Source: a virus
IMG/VR virus record: IMGVR_UViG_3300025732_000019
DNA length: 64,000 nucleotides
Strand: one strand, 5' to 3'
Shown: positions 45,751-55,383 of the stretch, in pieces
Position numbering within the stretch: position 1 is the first letter of the stretch
Layout: each line of letters starts with the position of its first letter
Notes under the pieces: model-generated
Told to the model about the DNA's origin: nothing
Databases searched by the model: none
Seen by the model: the letters and a program-made list of their open reading frames with translations, nothing else
Translations under genes and position numbers: made by a program

Positions 45751-45800
45751 CTCCACCAGTCTCCACCAATCTCCACAGGCCTCCAATCATCTCCACCATT
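45751..45800. repeat. Five CTCCA motifs at exact 10-bp period
   Basis: ctccaccagt ctccaccaat ctccacaggc ctccaatcat ctccaccatt, after hairpin 45705-45734. Confidence 0.75.
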
Positions 45801-46047
45801 ACGATTCCACAAACACGGGGAATATGCATCACATCGCATGCGTCATCGATCACACGGATCCGTCAAATGCCAGAAATCTCGAACATTTTTCTGTCAATTC
45901 TGCCTGTCATCGTATCTGTTCCATGAGATAATGGTTTCGTTCGCATGAGTGCGAACAACGAACAGTGAACACCCATGGCACTGCGGTGCCTTTTTGACTG
46001 ATCTGTTCGATGTACACCAAACACCCGAAAGAAAAAAGCACCGTATC

Positions 46048-47709
46048 ATGAAGACGTTATACGACACGACAAGTAGTAAAAACGAATTCGGCTTTACGAA
46101 GAATCTGTACACGGTTGATACCCTGTATCAGATGTGGAAAGAGAAAACGCTGATCCCTCGACCTATTGAGTTTCAACGAAAACTCGTCGCGACAGATGAA
46201 TGGAAAGGCGGCATCGTCTATACCGCGTTGAACCGTACCGCATCACTGACGCTGACCGCGAGTTGGACGCGCCTCCCGGATAATCGTCTCGTGCTTGAAG
46301 TGCTTGACGGTCAGCAGCGCATCACCAGCTTGTTTCAGTACTTGGAAAACAGAAAGACGATTGTCTTGCGCAAGCTGTCAGATGCATCAGCAGACGGGAA
46401 GAACCGTTCCGTGACGAAGTTGAATGCGCTGCCTGTGCCTTTGAGAGATGCCGGCATCACCGTCACCGTCGATCCGCGCAAAACTGGAGGCATCGAGCAG
46501 TTGGCGTCATACGAGCATTACGGCACGGAATTGGCACGCCAGTTGCGTGAGACGCCGATCGAAGTCGAAGAATATGGTGAAGACACGACGAACGAAGAAA
46601 AAGCGGAAATCTTCTTCATGAAGAATAACACCAACGACCTCGTCGCACAGGAAAAGCGCAATGGCGTTCGAGGCTGGGTGGCGCGAATCGTGCGTGGCAT
46701 GGTGCGCACGGGTACGGGAAGCGTGACGCCTGATACGGAGATCGAACCCTATAAGATTCCTGTGTCACGGTTCATCAATGAAGGTGCGAACGACACCGGC
46801 ATCATGTCACATCTCACGAACGACAGACTGGAACTGGAAGAGTGTCTCGCTCGACTGTTTGTGTTCGAAAAGCTGAAGACACCGTTTGCGACGAACACGG
46901 GGTATGCGTCAGATGACGAGATTACCAAGATGTATCGCGACATCGCGTATAAGGGCGACGAAGACATGGAATCCGACACGTCGCAAGATGCGCGCCGATC
47001 GTGCGAAACGATGCGAAAAGCGATCGAAAGGCGGTTCAAACATATGGAGACGATTATTCCGCCGTCGAAGCAGCACGATGCACAACGATTCGGAAAGTTC
47101 TCCAATACGCGAAGGAATAGCAAAGTGTTTTCCTATTGGACGACATTGTATGTATTCCTGATGTGGCTCGATCAGGAACACAAAGGCTGGAAGTTCGGCA
47201 ACGAATGCAGTGCAGACGACATCACGGATGCGTTCATGAACGCGTTCAAGAAGCTCACGGTGTCTCCGAAAGACACGAATCCCTATCCCGATTGGAACGA
47301 GACGGATGCGGGCACCGGCAAAGCGACGATGTTTTCCCGCTTGCTCGGCAAGTATGCGCCGCACGAACTCGCGACGAAGTGTGAAATGCTGTTGACGGCG
47401 ATTCAGTTGGAAAATGCGAATGTGATTCGATTGTTAGACCCGAAACGCAACTTCTCGTTTGCGGACAAGGTTCGGAAATGGAAGGAGCAAGGCGAGCGGT
47501 GTGCATACACCAACAAGTTCTTGGTCTTGGATCACGCTGTAGCGGGTCATAAGATTGCTCACAGCAAGGGTGGGCGAACGACGTACGACAATCTTGTCGT
47601 CATCAGTCGATCCGTCAATCAGAGGATGGGTGATATGTCATGGGATGACTTTAGAGACGCGCAGGCGACGAAGCGCACAGCGACACGTGCGGCGACACGT
47701 GCAGCGTAA
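46048..47709 (+). CDS. DUF262 (GmrSD/ParB-like) + HNH nuclease protein
   Basis: FQR...W, EVLDGQQRITSL, IF...N, C-terminal GHKIAHSKGGRTTYDNL. Confidence 0.82.
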   Translation: MKTLYDTTSSKNEFGFTKNLYTVDTLYQMWKEKTLIPRPIEFQRKLVATDEWKGGIVYTALNRTASLTLTASWTRLPDNRLVLEVLDGQQRITSLFQYLENRKTIVLRKLSDASADGKNRSVTKLNALPVPLRDAGITVTVDPRKTGGIEQLASYEHYGTELARQLRETPIEVEEYGEDTTNEEKAEIFFMKNNTNDLVAQEKRNGVRGWVARIVRGMVRTGTGSVTPDTEIEPYKIPVSRFINEGANDTGIMSHLTNDRLELEECLARLFVFEKLKTPFATNTGYASDDEITKMYRDIAYKGDEDMESDTSQDARRSCETMRKAIERRFKHMETIIPPSKQHDAQRFGKFSNTRRNSKVFSYWTTLYVFLMWLDQEHKGWKFGNECSADDITDAFMNAFKKLTVSPKDTNPYPDWNETDAGTGKATMFSRLLGKYAPHELATKCEMLLTAIQLENANVIRLLDPKRNFSFADKVRKWKEQGERCAYTNKFLVLDHAVAGHKIAHSKGGRTTYDNLVVISRSVNQRMGDMSWDDFRDAQATKRTATRAATRAA

Positions 47710-47743
47710 AGCGGGTTCAGGCGATCAACGAATCGAGGAACGC

Positions 47744-48355
47744 ATGAGCGACCACCCCACGCCTCAGCCCGCCGCGTCGTCTGCGGTGGAGCAGGCCATC
47801 ACCGCTTTCATTGAAAAATGGGAGTCATGGGAGCCCGAGACTGGGGCCGAGCTTCAGACTGACCTCACGGCCCTGATCGCCGCCGTGCGTGCCGAATCAT
47901 GTCCCGCCGTCCCTGATCCCGTTCCTGCTGGATGGACGTGTCCCACCTGCGGCTTGGCCCATCGCCGGTATTACGAGAGCATCATTGAGCGTCTCAAAGC
48001 CTTGGAAGCGCAAGCCGTTCGGGGGTGCCCCGCCTGCGCCGAGAAGATCCGTCGTGCGTATCGGGATCGAAACAGACACATGAGTGAGATCGAACAGGCC
48101 ATTCACCTGCTGCAGACGAAGGTGGCAGAGATTCGTCGAGACGCGGCGAAGCCACATCCAGTAGAAGATGCGCATTTCATCGCAACCAGCGTGGCGGAAG
48201 CCGACGCGATTGACACCGTGATTGCTGCGCTGCCCCCGCACGAATGGCGCTATGACGAACGTGCGCAAGTGTATCGGTGCTGGAAGTGTCTTGTGCGCAG
48301 CGACCGCCCGCATGAACGCACCTGTGCTGTCACGCTGACCGTCACATGCGACTGA
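47744..48355 (+). CDS. Hypothetical protein with CxxC motifs
   Basis: GAGGA SD; CPTC, CPAC, CWKC. Confidence 0.45.
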   Translation: MSDHPTPQPAASSAVEQAITAFIEKWESWEPETGAELQTDLTALIAAVRAESCPAVPDPVPAGWTCPTCGLAHRRYYESIIERLKALEAQAVRGCPACAEKIRRAYRDRNRHMSEIEQAIHLLQTKVAEIRRDAAKPHPVEDAHFIATSVAEADAIDTVIAALPPHEWRYDERAQVYRCWKCLVRSDRPHERTCAVTLTVTCD

Positions 48356-48699
48356 CCCGCATCAGTCTCCTCATCGGGTGGTGTGTGCTCAGTCTGCATT
48401 GTGCGTCATCGCTGCACATACAGATACGGAATATGACGCCCTTCGTTCGATGGGCAGACACACGCGTCACACAGATGGAGATCACGCTCCCCGCACAGGA
48501 TCCCGGCAGGTATGCGCTCGTCACCGTCGAAGATGCCATGACGGTGCGCGATTCCGTGGTCACATTGACCCCGAGCGTACAACATCTGCCGTGGACGATT
48601 CCGGTGCGCACGTCAGGCACGATATGGGTGCGCATCGAAATCTATGACCAGCACCATCGGTGTCTGCAGACGCGCATCGAACGCATGGAAGTGCCATAA
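48346..48699 (+). CDS. Putative secreted protein
   Basis: N-terminal signal-like segment, beta-rich. Confidence 0.45.
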   Translation: MRLTRISLLIGWCVLSLHCASSLHIQIRNMTPFVRWADTRVTQMEITLPAQDPGRYALVTVEDAMTVRDSVVTLTPSVQHLPWTIPVRTSGTIWVRIEIYDQHHRCLQTRIERMEVP

Positions 48700-48757
48700 T
48701 GCGCGTTTGACTTTTCCATCGGGATCGGATATCATACGAACAGGAGTTGAACATCTC

Positions 48758-49819
48758 ATGACACATCCGCAAGAGAAGCCGATTATCGTCTTCGGTCTTG
48801 GCCACATTGGCCAATACATCCACGCAGAACTGATCAAGCGCACCTATCGTGTGATCGGGTATGATCTCCGTGACGGTCATGATCTCACCAATCGTGAGAC
48901 GATCCGTTTGGCACTCGTCAAGGGGTGTGCCGTCATTGACACGCTCCCCTATCAATGCAATCTCGCGGTGGCGGAGGAAGCCGCGTCATTGGGTGTCGCG
49001 TACTTCAATCTCTCAGAGGATGTACGGAACACCAACCTCATTCGAAATCTGCAGACCACCAGCGTCTTGATTCCACAGTGCGGATTAGCGCCGGGCATGG
49101 TCAGCATTCTCGCCGCGCATCTGGCGCATCCGTTCGACCGTCTTGATGAGATCCTCATTCGCGTCGGCGCACTCCCCCGCGTGCCGTTCAATCATTTGCA
49201 ATACGCACTCACATGGAGTTGTGCGGGACTCGTCAATGAATACTGCGCACCGTGCGATGTGATTGAGAATGGCGTGCGCACACAGGTACGAGCCTTGGAT
49301 GACGTGGAGCCGCTGGAGTTTTTGGGGCACACCTTTGAAGCCGCACATACGAGTGGCGGCATTGGCACGTTGTGCAACAGTTATCTTGGCAAAGCCCAAC
49401 GCGTCAACTACAAAACGCTGCGGTATCCCGGTCACTATCAGTACATGCACATGTTTCGCGATGATTTGAAACTTGCGGAGCATAAAGATCGTGCAGAACA
49501 ATGGTTCTCCGCGGCGTTGCCTCGCACCACGCACGATCTCGTCGCGATCTGGATCTACGTCGAAGGCACCTATCTGGGCGTCAACGGCCATCGTGCCCAT
49601 CTGTTTGATGGGTATCAGCATATCGTACACGCAACCCCTGACGTGACGGCGATTCAGCGGACCACCGCGCATGGCTGTCTTGCGGTGGTCGATGCGTATC
49701 TGCGTGGTCAGATTCCACAGCGCGGATTTGTGCGACAGGAAGATCTTCCGTTTGACGCGATTGCCGCATCACCGTTCTTTGATGTCTATCGCGCAGGATT
49801 GCGACAGGTGACGCGATGA
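48758..49819 (+). CDS. Saccharopine dehydrogenase / lysine 6-dehydrogenase family
   Basis: VFGLGHIG Rossmann, YFNLSEDV, QCGLAPG, RVGALP, GLVNEY, TSGG.GT, YKTLRYPGH. Confidence 0.88.
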   Translation: MTHPQEKPIIVFGLGHIGQYIHAELIKRTYRVIGYDLRDGHDLTNRETIRLALVKGCAVIDTLPYQCNLAVAEEAASLGVAYFNLSEDVRNTNLIRNLQTTSVLIPQCGLAPGMVSILAAHLAHPFDRLDEILIRVGALPRVPFNHLQYALTWSCAGLVNEYCAPCDVIENGVRTQVRALDDVEPLEFLGHTFEAAHTSGGIGTLCNSYLGKAQRVNYKTLRYPGHYQYMHMFRDDLKLAEHKDRAEQWFSAALPRTTHDLVAIWIYVEGTYLGVNGHRAHLFDGYQHIVHATPDVTAIQRTTAHGCLAVVDAYLRGQIPQRGFVRQEDLPFDAIAASPFFDVYRAGLRQVTR

Positions 49820-50961
49820 CAGAACCATTGAAACCGTGGCAGCACGGGTACACACTCGATACATTGCTTGACTATGAAGCGCGGTACACCACATACAACA
49901 GTTACATGGCGTCTCCGTTTGCAGCATTCAAGAAGCATCGAATTGCAGAACGCCTCCACGCAAACGAATTTGTCGTAGGAGAGGGATATGCGTATGTGAT
50001 CACGACGGCGAAAGTGCGCACGGCACTGTCACAGTTTCCGGATGTCGCGTTTGGTGAGCGGTTTGCGGGCGACCGTACGTTGTCATATCTCGCAGTGGAT
50101 TGGAATGATGGCCGATGGCAGCAAGAGTTTGCGCGTCTGTGTACGGCACCATCTCCGCTGTGGATACAGGTGCCGGTGCGCGACACGGAAGCCATCACGC
50201 ACATTAGTCGCGTCGCGACCCGTGCAGGCACCAAGATTACCACGTTCGGTGATATCTTCGCATGGTTCGTACGCGAATCCGAAGAAGACGCAGGATTGTT
50301 TGGTTCGTCACGATTGCGCACCGTGGAACCCGTGCATCAATATGGCATTTGCCCGTGTGAGGTCGACGTCGAAGCACATGCACGGGCATTGTATTCCGAA
50401 GTCACGGCGCTGTCGGTACCGTATCAAGATCATTACAGCAACTACAATGCGGGTCATGCATGGGGGGCGTTATCGGTGCGCGGATATAGTGCTGACGTGC
50501 ACATGATCGCGAAACCATCGGAAATGAATGCGAAGTGGAAAGCCGCGCATGCGCATGAAGATTTCACATTGCAGGATACCACGCTTCGTGCGCAACTGCC
50601 GTCATTGGAACCGCTGCTCCATGCGTTTGGCGATGTTACATGGCATCGTATTCGATTGATGCGTTTGCAGCCCGGCGGGGGTGAACTTCAGCGTCACACC
50701 GATCAAGTCGATGCAGATTCTGGATTCGGTGTCGGGCAATTGATGCGCATACACGTGCCGTTGAAGACGAATCCGCAAGTGATCTTTACGGTATGGGATG
50801 CGAATGATGTCGCGCAGGAGGTGCACATGCCCGCGTTCTCTGCGTATGCATTGGATACGCGCTGGCCGCATCGAGCGATCAACGGCGGCCGCGACGAACG
50901 AATTCATCTGGTCATGGATGCGGTGACGACGCCCGCATTGCAAGCGAGGTTGCGACCATGA
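49816..50961 (+). CDS. Aspartyl/asparaginyl beta-hydroxylase-like 2OG-Fe(II) oxygenase with unknown N-terminal domain
   Basis: RIRLMRL.PG...RHTD, RIHVPL.TN, PHRAIN.G..RIHLV.D. Confidence 0.8.
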   Translation: MTEPLKPWQHGYTLDTLLDYEARYTTYNSYMASPFAAFKKHRIAERLHANEFVVGEGYAYVITTAKVRTALSQFPDVAFGERFAGDRTLSYLAVDWNDGRWQQEFARLCTAPSPLWIQVPVRDTEAITHISRVATRAGTKITTFGDIFAWFVRESEEDAGLFGSSRLRTVEPVHQYGICPCEVDVEAHARALYSEVTALSVPYQDHYSNYNAGHAWGALSVRGYSADVHMIAKPSEMNAKWKAAHAHEDFTLQDTTLRAQLPSLEPLLHAFGDVTWHRIRLMRLQPGGGELQRHTDQVDADSGFGVGQLMRIHVPLKTNPQVIFTVWDANDVAQEVHMPAFSAYALDTRWPHRAINGGRDERIHLVMDAVTTPALQARLRP

Positions 50962-51293
50962 GTCTCACGGGATGGAAGAAGCGGATGCTATTGGAGCTTC
51001 CACATACGATGGCATCTCCCATGCGCTCTGAACGTGCGGAGGCATTGTGGATCGTGCCCGTGAAGGATGCATACGCAGTGGTGGCGATTCGCAAGGGCGC
51101 GCCTCGTGCTGTTGTCGCGTATTGTCATGAGCTGGATCTCCGTAATATTCATTATCAACCTGTCAAGGTGCGCACGGAAGCAAAACGCTTGACGCCACGT
51201 ACGTCATATCTGGAATTGACCCCGAACGACGCGTCACACGCATTCTACGTCATGAACTCACAAGCGGTCACAGAAGTAGTTGTCACTCAATAG
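50958..51293 (+). CDS. Hypothetical protein
   Basis: ATGA overlap with upstream gene. Confidence 0.5.
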   Translation: MSLTGWKKRMLLELPHTMASPMRSERAEALWIVPVKDAYAVVAIRKGAPRAVVAYCHELDLRNIHYQPVKVRTEAKRLTPRTSYLELTPNDASHAFYVMNSQAVTEVVVTQ

Positions 51294-51313
51294 CGATATT
51301 CCTAAATATCCAC

Positions 51314-51484
51314 ATGTCGCTATACGTCAAACTCATGCTTATTGCGCTCAGTAGTGCCTACGTGTGTTTATTCGTATGGTTTGTGCGCCGCATTCGAATC
51401 ATTGCTCGACACGTGCCACCAAGATCGCATGCGGAAAACGAGACGCATCATGCGGATACGCCTCATCACAGTGTGTGGCACTGA
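51314..51484 (+). CDS. 56-aa single-TM, His-rich protein
   Basis: MSLYVKLMLIALSSAYVCLFVWFVRR...; follows CTAAATA. Confidence 0.45.
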   Translation: MSLYVKLMLIALSSAYVCLFVWFVRRIRIIARHVPPRSHAENETHHADTPHHSVWH

Positions 51485-51498
51485 TAGAGGAGACGCAT

Positions 51499-51756
51499 AT
51501 GCTCTCACGACGTTCATTTCTGACGGGGGCCGCGTTTAGTGTTGCGGCGACAATGGCATACGCTGCGCAACAGTCACAGACCCCCGAATCCCCCAAGTCA
51601 CCTCCACCTGAGAAGCCAAATGAGAAGCCAAATGAAAAACCGTTGATTGATGCAGACGGTCGGGAATATCGCGTGTGCCCACAGTGCGGCAACAATATGT
51701 ACAAGCAGGGTCGCATGTGGGTGTGCGAAGTCTGCGGTTATAGTTACGTCGAATAG
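51499..51756 (+). CDS. Tat-signal small zinc-ribbon protein
   Basis: SRRSFL, CPQCG...CEVCG; GAGGAG SD. Confidence 0.7.
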   Translation: MLSRRSFLTGAAFSVAATMAYAAQQSQTPESPKSPPPEKPNEKPNEKPLIDADGREYRVCPQCGNNMYKQGRMWVCEVCGYSYVE

Positions 51757-51765
51757 GAGAGCATC

Positions 51766-53136
51766 ATGTTCCTGACACAAAAAACGCTGCCTCGTCGCAC
51801 CGTGCTCAAAGGATTGGGGGCCACACTCTCGCTCCCGCTCTTGGATGCGATGATTCCGTTGAATGCATCCGCGGCTCCGACCACCCCCAAAAATCTGATT
51901 GCCATCGAAGTCGTTCACGGCTCCGCCGGCAGCACCACCTACGGGCAGAGCAAAAACCTTTGGTCGCCTGCGACCACCGGCACCGAGTTCGACATCTCTA
52001 AGAACATTCTGTCGTCGTTGCATCCGTATAAAGACCATCTTACCATCATCAGTCAGACGGATGTGCGCATGGCGGAAGCGTTCACTGCACCGGAGATTGG
52101 CGGTGATCACTTCCGTGCGAGTGCGGTGTTCCTGACGCAATCGCATCCGAAACAAACGCAAGGCTCCGATGTATTCGTAGGCACGTCACTTGATCAGATC
52201 TACGCAAAGGCATACGGGCAACAGACGCCGCTGCCGTCGATGCAGTTGTGCATTGAGAATGTCGATCAAGCGGGCGGCTGCTCCTACGGCTATACCTGCA
52301 CCTATACCGATACGATTTCATGGGCGTCCCCGACGGAACCGCTCCCGATGATCCGTGATCCCCGTATGGCGTTCGAAGCGTTGTTTGGGGATGGCGTCGA
52401 TGCGGCGGATCGTCGCGAACGATTGCAGTCACGTCGCAGCCTGCTGGATTTCATGCAGTCGAGTATTCGTCGCATTCAACGCGAGTTGCCCAAATCCGAT
52501 GCGATCCGCTTGGATCAAATGACGACCTATGTGCGAGAACTCGAACGCCGCATTCAGTTGACGGAAGCGCACAATACCAGTGGTGAAGAACGCAGTCTGC
52601 CCAATGCGCCCGTCGGCGTGCCGGATGACTATGAAGAACACATGCGTCTGATGTTCGATCTGCAAGTGGCCGCGTTTATGATGGGCACCACCCATGTGTT
52701 CTCGCTCAAGACGGGACGGGATGCCTCGAACCGCGTCTATCCCAAGAGCGGCGTCTCGGGTGGGTTCCATCCCACGTCACATCATGGCGAAGTGGCGACA
52801 CGCATTGAGGAGTTTGCGAAGATCAACCAGTATCATGTGAGTATGCTGCCGTATCTGCTCGACCGTCTCAAGTCGGTGCCGTCAGCGGGTGGCACGTTAC
52901 TGGATGATACGCTCGTCATCTACGGGTCACCAATGGGGAATCCGAACCTGCACAACCACAAACGCTGCCCGCTCCTGCTGCTCGGTCATGCAGGCGGCAC
53001 CATCAAGGGGCATCGTCACATTCATGCCGCAGACGGCACCCCGATGGCGAATGCAATGTTAGCCGTGCTGCAGAAGTTGGGTGTTGACGTAACGTCTTTC
53101 GGCGACAGTAACGGCGTCATGGATCTCAACGCATAA
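51766..53136 (+). CDS. DUF1552 (HxxSHH) family protein
   Basis: LPRRTVLKGLGATLSLPLLDAMIP, SLDQ, ISW, HPTSHH, LLDDT...YGS.MGN.N.H. Confidence 0.88.
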   Translation: MFLTQKTLPRRTVLKGLGATLSLPLLDAMIPLNASAAPTTPKNLIAIEVVHGSAGSTTYGQSKNLWSPATTGTEFDISKNILSSLHPYKDHLTIISQTDVRMAEAFTAPEIGGDHFRASAVFLTQSHPKQTQGSDVFVGTSLDQIYAKAYGQQTPLPSMQLCIENVDQAGGCSYGYTCTYTDTISWASPTEPLPMIRDPRMAFEALFGDGVDAADRRERLQSRRSLLDFMQSSIRRIQRELPKSDAIRLDQMTTYVRELERRIQLTEAHNTSGEERSLPNAPVGVPDDYEEHMRLMFDLQVAAFMMGTTHVFSLKTGRDASNRVYPKSGVSGGFHPTSHHGEVATRIEEFAKINQYHVSMLPYLLDRLKSVPSAGGTLLDDTLVIYGSPMGNPNLHNHKRCPLLLLGHAGGTIKGHRHIHAADGTPMANAMLAVLQKLGVDVTSFGDSNGVMDLNA

Positions 53137-53177
53137 AACACTTGACTCGGTACGTGTGATCGTGTATACTATGGGAT

Positions 53178-53372
53178 ATGATGAAATATGTGATTCGTAT
53201 GCTCCATCGATGGTGGTATCATGCAGAAGTATTGCCGTCATCGTCGTCTCCGTCAACTTCTTCTATTCGCATGGTCGTCAATGGTCATGTATTTGACCAT
53301 GATCCGGATGCGCTAATCCGTACATGGCAGTTTCCGCGTCGGCAGAATATCTCTCGTGGCGGGTTTCGCTAA
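53178..53372 (+). CDS. Leaderless hypothetical protein
   Basis: TTGACT(53142)-17-TATACT(53165), ATG 7 nt later. Confidence 0.5.
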   Translation: MMKYVIRMLHRWWYHAEVLPSSSSPSTSSIRMVVNGHVFDHDPDALIRTWQFPRRQNISRGGFR

Positions 53373-53800
53373 TGCCACGTAAATGCCGATGCGGAACCGC
53401 GATTAGTGCCGCGCGTCTCGCAGCACTTCCACATACGCGCACGTGCACCGCGTGTTCTGCGGAAGAACCCGTCAAGGGCTTCATGACGTGGGAGCACAAA
53501 ACAGCACCAGTCTTTCAAGTCGTAACACCGAAACAGCATGCATGGTTTCAGCAGCACGATCGGCGCTCCGTGCATTCAAACCTACCAATGGGAACGCGCA
53601 CGATCTCCGGTACGCAATCTGCCGTGAGTCGAACGCTGCCGGTATCCGTGCGGTTGTCTCCACGCACACCGTCACTTCCTGTGATTGATATGCGACCACG
53701 CGCACGAAAATGCGCACATACCGATGCGCCTCAAGCATCATCATATGGGTTGTGTGTCACCTGTGCGCTCGAATGGTATGCAGTACGCGCACGTAAATAG
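53372..53800 (+). CDS. DksA/TraR-type C4 zinc-finger protein
   Basis: C.CG..I...RL.ALP...CT.C. Confidence 0.7.
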   Translation: MPRKCRCGTAISAARLAALPHTRTCTACSAEEPVKGFMTWEHKTAPVFQVVTPKQHAWFQQHDRRSVHSNLPMGTRTISGTQSAVSRTLPVSVRLSPRTPSLPVIDMRPRARKCAHTDAPQASSYGLCVTCALEWYAVRARK

Positions 53801-53814
53801 ATGTGGAGGTGTAT

Positions 53815-54639
53815 ATGTACACATGGATGGCCAAACCACAAACAAACGGTGCTGATACCGATGTACTTCAGCAACTAGATCTTACGCGGTTTGGATGGAA
53901 AAAGCATCCCGCGACAACACCCGTCACATTGTGTGACGGTGCGATTGATGTCTATTCGGGCAAGTCACCACACTACAAATCATCATTGGGTATGGGTGAT
54001 ACTTTGCGACCTGCTTTGTCGGAAGAACTATCCGACGCGTGGGCAGCCGCGATTCGCCCCTACATACAGACGTGGCCAGCAGGTCATGATGCGCTTGCGC
54101 GATACCTTGATGAAGTTTGGCTATGGCAAAGCATCGAGGCCAAGCACGGCATAGGAGGATGCACATCGGGGCACATCAATACCTATCAGCAACCGACATA
54201 TCCATATCATGCCGTGTATGTCAGTATGTATGACTTACAAGGTACCGCGCAGGGTATCTATCATGAATATGCGCATTTACGACTGGAAACGTTGGGTGTT
54301 CAAATAGAAACGCACGACTATGCGTTACTTCTCAACGACCCGACTGAGTTATATCACTCATCCGTACGGTTTGATGTGAAGCGACCGATGTCAGCCGTCG
54401 TGCACGGTGTGTATGCGTGGTTAATGTTCACGGAGAACGATTGGCAACTGTACGAGCATCACGTCATTGATCAACCGACGTTCAGCATGTACACCAAACA
54501 CAATATTCCAAAGATTCGTAACGGGATTCGTGAAATTCAGGAATACGGTCGGTTTACCAATGCCGGCACAGAATTCATCACCGGCGTCTATCTATGGGCC
54601 GATGATCTCTGTCGTCGATGTGAGGAGGCATACACCTAA
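53815..54639 (+). CDS. aKG-HExxH-type (RiPP-associated) oxygenase-like protein
   Basis: GIYHEYAHLRL...Y.S.VR.D..RPM.AVVHG.YAW. Confidence 0.75.
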   Translation: MYTWMAKPQTNGADTDVLQQLDLTRFGWKKHPATTPVTLCDGAIDVYSGKSPHYKSSLGMGDTLRPALSEELSDAWAAAIRPYIQTWPAGHDALARYLDEVWLWQSIEAKHGIGGCTSGHINTYQQPTYPYHAVYVSMYDLQGTAQGIYHEYAHLRLETLGVQIETHDYALLLNDPTELYHSSVRFDVKRPMSAVVHGVYAWLMFTENDWQLYEHHVIDQPTFSMYTKHNIPKIRNGIREIQEYGRFTNAGTEFITGVYLWADDLCRRCEEAYT

Positions 54640-54663
54640 ATATCCATATTCATAGGAGTCTGC

Positions 54664-55383
54664 ATGCGGTCGTTCAAATCATTCCTAACGCTCGACGAAG
54701 GCGTCTTCGATCCGGGGATTCTGAAAGCCATTTTTATGGCGGGTGGGCCCGGCAGTGGAAAATCCACGAAAGCCGAAGAACTCTTCGGATTGGATGCGGG
54801 GTTCAAGTCGTCATTCAGTCACTACGGCTTGAAGGTGGTCAACAGCGATCACATGTTCGAATATTTGCTGAAGCAAATGCATGTCTCTCCGAAAGATCTC
54901 GCGAACATTGAACGCGAAGACCCCGCTCGATTCCTGCATCTCACTGCCGACCCGCATGGCCCACGTGCACGGGCGAAAGCTTTGGTGGATCGTCAACGAG
55001 AACTCTATATTCAAGGGCGCTTGGGGATGATCATTGATGGCACGGGTGATGACTATGCAAAACTTGCCACCAAGAAACATCATCTGGAAGACTATGGATA
55101 TGATACGGGAATGGTGTTCGTGCACACGTCACTTGAAGTTGCGCTGGAACGGAATCGTCAACGGCCGCGTCAGTTGCCAGACGGATTAGTTACCGATATT
55201 TGGCACAACTGTCAAAAAAACCGTGAGCATTATCAAAAACTGTTTGGAAAGCACTACGTAGAAGTCTACAACACGACCGGTGGCGTTGTGCATCAAGTCG
55301 TACAACGAGCAGTGCAAACCTTTATTCATACGCCCGTGCAGAACCCCAAAGGTCAGGCGTGGGTTCGCAGTCAGACTCTCTAG
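54664..55383 (+). CDS. P-loop kinase (zeta-toxin-like fold) with capsid-targeting-like leader
   Basis: KAIFMAGGPGSGKS, VNSD, IIDGTG, GYDTGMVFV.TSLEVALERN. Confidence 0.8.
   Translation: MRSFKSFLTLDEGVFDPGILKAIFMAGGPGSGKSTKAEELFGLDAGFKSSFSHYGLKVVNSDHMFEYLLKQMHVSPKDLANIEREDPARFLHLTADPHGPRARAKALVDRQRELYIQGRLGMIIDGTGDDYAKLATKKHHLEDYGYDTGMVFVHTSLEVALERNRQRPRQLPDGLVTDIWHNCQKNREHYQKLFGKHYVEVYNTTGGVVHQVVQRAVQTFIHTPVQNPKGQAWVRSQTL

Noticed and set aside
45751-45770. Chi recombination sites
   Set aside because: ACTGGTGG and ATTGGTGG only approximate E. coli GCTGGTGG, and the host Chi is unknown
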